DNA from: Eledone cirrhosa
Lineage: Eukaryota
Assembly: GCA_964016885.1 (NCBI GenBank)
Contig: OZ024740.1
Span: forward strand, 371,628,001-371,692,000
Length of the DNA stretch: 64,000 bases
Direction of reading: 5' to 3'
The notes beneath the pieces are model-generated. The model made no database searches. It saw nothing but the letters and a program-made list of their open reading frames with translations, and had not been told where the DNA came from. A program made the translations under genes and the position numbers. Below, in pieces: positions 60,707 through 64,000 of this stretch (position 1 is the stretch's first letter; each line of letters opens with the position of its first letter).

Positions 60707-63700
60707 ATCATTGGCAATAAGGGCAGGGGCCCCAGGTTATCACAGCCTGGGCCCGCTCGTCATCGTGCCATTGTAATAGAGCCAAACAAGGCAATTAGTC
60801 TTGGCTGCTGGAACGTACGGACGCTGCTTGACAGGGATTCCTTGGGGCGTCCTGAACGAAGGACCGCTCTTGTTGCAAAGGAGCTTCGACGTTACGATCT
60901 TGACATCGTGGCTTTATCTGAGACGAGGCTAGCTGGAGATGGTCATCTTACGGAATTTTGTGGAGAATATACATTCTTCTGGAAAGGAAGAGATGAAGGA
61001 ACCAGAAGAGAGGCTGGGGTAGGATTTGCTGTTAAGACTGTGCTTGTGAACAAATTAGAGGAATTCCCAGTAGGGATTAGTGAGCGTCTTATGTCCATGA
61101 GAGTTCCGATGGACAAGGGAAGATATGCTACCCTGGTGAGTGTGTATGCTCCAACTATGAGTTCTGTCGATGAGGTAAAGGTGTCCTTTTACCATGCCTT
61201 GAAAGGTGTTTTAAGAAATATCGGGCAGACAAAGTCATCGTGCTTGGTGACTTTAATGCCAGAGTGGGTAGGGATTTTAACACATGGAATGTAATCGGAA
61301 GGCATGGGGTGGGAAAGTGTAACGGCAATGGTATGCTCCTGCTGCAGATGTGTGAGGAGCTGGATCTGTGTGTTACCAACACCATGTTCCAACAAAAGAA
61401 CAAATTCAAGACCACATGGATGCATCCTGCATCTAAGGAATGGCATCTTTTGGACTACGTCCTAGTTAGGATGCGTGACAGACAGGATGTGCAGTGTGTT
61501 CGTGTTCTTCGTGGAGCTGAGTGCTGGACGGACCACGGCCTGGTACGCGCAAAAGTGAAACTAATCACTAAACGTAAAATCCGGGCTCCTGGTGTTGCCC
61601 TGCCCAAAAGATTGAATGCTACTCGTCTTAAGGATAAAAATGTGAAGAGGACATTGGAAGAAGAGATGCAGGCTGCAGATCTTGGTGAGGATTGGCCGAC
61701 CCTTAAAAAGTCGGTTTATGATGTGGGCAGGCGTGTTCTGGGATTGGCGCAGAGGAAACATCAGGACTGGTTTGATGAGAATGATGTACATGTAGAAGAC
61801 TTGATGGCTGATAAGAGGCGTGCTCTGTCACGCTACTTGACGGCAAAACCACAGGAGAGAAATACGTTGCATGAGGAACTCAGGGATGTAAAATCACGTG
61901 TTAGGCGGAGTCTTTCTCAGATGAAGGATCAGTGGTGGAGTGAGAAGGCTGGTGAGATACAAACTGCGTCTGATTCCAATAACACAAAGCTGTTGTACAG
62001 TCTCTTGCGTGAGGTTTATGGACCGTCTTCTTCTCTGGTGACACCGCTTCGCAGCAAGGATGGCAAAGAATTTCTTCGTGAATCACAAGGAATTCTACGA
62101 AGGTGGCGAGAGCACTTTGATGATCTTTTGAATCAGCCGTCTGTCGTCAGTGAAGATTTCCTCAATCTCATTCCAGAAAGTCCTGTGAAAGTAGCTCTCG
62201 CAGAACCTCCGACGCTTGTGGAGGTTGCAGTGGCTATTTCGAAGCTTAACAGTGGAAGATCTCCAGGTATGGATGGCATACATGCTGAGCTCCTACAATA
62301 TGGTGGTGAGAGACTCCTGCAACATCTTCACTCTTTGTTTGGCAGGATATGGGCTAATGAATCCGTACCTGAGGACTGGAGAGATGCAGTAATGGTGGTC
62401 TTGTACAAGGGAAAGGGTAACAGGAACGATTGTGGGAACTACAGGGGTATATCATTGCTTTCTGTCGTAGGCAAAGTTTTATGTAGGGTGCTTCTGGACC
62501 GTCTGCTGACACACATTGCAGATTGTGTTCTTTCTGAAAGTCAATCTGGTTTTCGTGCTGGACTACTGATATGATCTTCTCAGCTAGACAGCTCCAGGAG
62601 AAGTGCATGGAACAAGGCTTGGATCTGTATCGGGTTTTTGTCGATCTGACAAAAGCTTTCGATACTGTTAACAGAGATGCATTATGGAAGGTTCTCCAGA
62701 AACTTGGTTGCCCTGATAAGTTCCTTGCCTTAGTTAGGTCTTTCCATGACGACATGAAGGCTTGGGTTAATGTCGGGGGTAACATGTCGGAGCCTATCTC
62801 AGTAAAAAATGGAGTGAAACAGGGGGATATTCCAGCACCGACCCTGTTTGCCATATACTTTGCAATGGTTTTCTGTATTGCATTCAGGAATTGCGAGCAT
62901 GGTGTTTACATCCGATATCGAACCTCAGGCAGCATATTTAACATCAGGCGCTTTGCTGCGAAGACAAAAGTATTTACATCAATCATAAGAGACCTCTTGT
63001 ATGCAGATGATTGCGATCTTGTAGCGCACACAGAGAGTGATATGCAGCACATTTTGAATGCATTTTCTGACGCTTGCACTGCCCTAGGTCTGACTGTCAG
63101 TCTCAAGAAAACCGTCGTCATGTACCAACCTGCCCCTGGTAAGCAGTACACTGAACCAAACATCTATGTGTATGGCAAACGACTTGGAGTGGTTGATCAG
63201 TTTGTCTACCTGGGAAGCACTGTCAATCGATACAGCAACCTTGACAGTGAAATCTCACTTAGGATTAGGAAAGCAAGTGATGCTTTCGGAAAGCTAGAAA
63301 GGCGACTCTGGGGTCGGCGAGACATATGCAGGAGGACAAAGGTAAAGGTGTACAGGGCATGTGTGCTCTCTTGTCTTCTTTATGCCTGCGAGACCTGGGT
63401 CACATATCGACACCACCTTAAGCAATTGGAGCGTTTCCATCAGATGTGTCTCAGACGGATCCATGGCGTTCACTGGAGGGACCACATCAGTGATGTAGAG
63501 ATTTTGGAAAGCTCGATGTGTGACAGTATAGAAGCTCTTGTGCTTAAGCAGCGACTTGGAGTGGTCACCTTGCCAGGATGAAGGATTCTAGAATACCAAA
63601 ACAACTCTTTTATGGAGAGTTGGTTAAAGGAAAACGACCGCCACATAAACCGAAAAAGAGGTATAAGGATTCCTTGAAAGCCTCTCTGAAAGACGCTAAC

Positions 63701-64000
63701 ATCTCTGCTGATACATGGGATAATATTGCTGCTGATCGTAATAAATGGAGAAAGACTGTATATGAGGGAAAAGTTGCCTTTGAGGCATCTCGAATCGCAT
63801 ACGAGAAAGTAAAACGGGATGTGAGGAAGGGCATTGCTGTTGCACTTCCAGACGGCGAGGGTCCTCCTATGGTGCTGACATGCAGCGTATGTGCGAGACT
63901 CTGCCTAAGCAAAGTTGGACTCGAAAGTCATCTTCGCAGTCATAAAGTAAGACCAGTGGTTGACTACCAGGCTGCTGTTGGAGATGCTACTCATCATGCT
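60707..64000 (+). mobile_element. RTE-clade (BovB-like) LINE, APE-RT with C-terminal C2H2-like finger; runs off the window
   Basis: WNVRTLLD..RPERRTALVAKELRRYDLDIVALSETR, LGDFNARVG, TWMHP, CWTDH, NYRGISLLS, VDLTKAFDTVNR, GVKQG, LLYADD, CSVCARLCLSKVGLESHLRSH; a few frameshifts. Confidence 0.93.

Overview
This is eukaryotic, AT-rich, repeat-saturated DNA with no clear intact host gene. The SINE family, microsatellite load and retroelement mix suggest an invertebrate, probably a cephalopod (inference). Positions 1-10.8 kb are a 17-bp satellite with ~2-2.3 kb higher-order structure and one SINE inserted with a target-site duplication. Positions 11-31 kb hold Penelope-like elements (RT + C-terminal GIY-YIG), several minimal hammerhead ribozymes, long foldback hairpins in (AT)n tracts, two non-autonomous Helitrons, tRNA-derived SINEs and a 5'-inverted RTE LINE. 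Positions 31-64 kb are a LINE cluster: one minus-strand Tx1-like element with an (ATT)n tail, an R4/Dong-like element, a head-to-tail array of three diverged full-length Tx1-like elements separated by (TATC)n, and an RTE element cut by the window end. Main leads: (1) the apparent (TATC)n-targeted Tx1 array; (2) splice-donor and splice-acceptor motifs that bracket ORF2 in these elements and predict an ORF1-only spliced RNA; (3) a SINE 3' tail resembling the Tx1 3' end; (4) hammerhead-carrying PLE/retrozyme-like units. Coordinates were read by eye and boundaries are approximate unless a TSD or terminus is stated.
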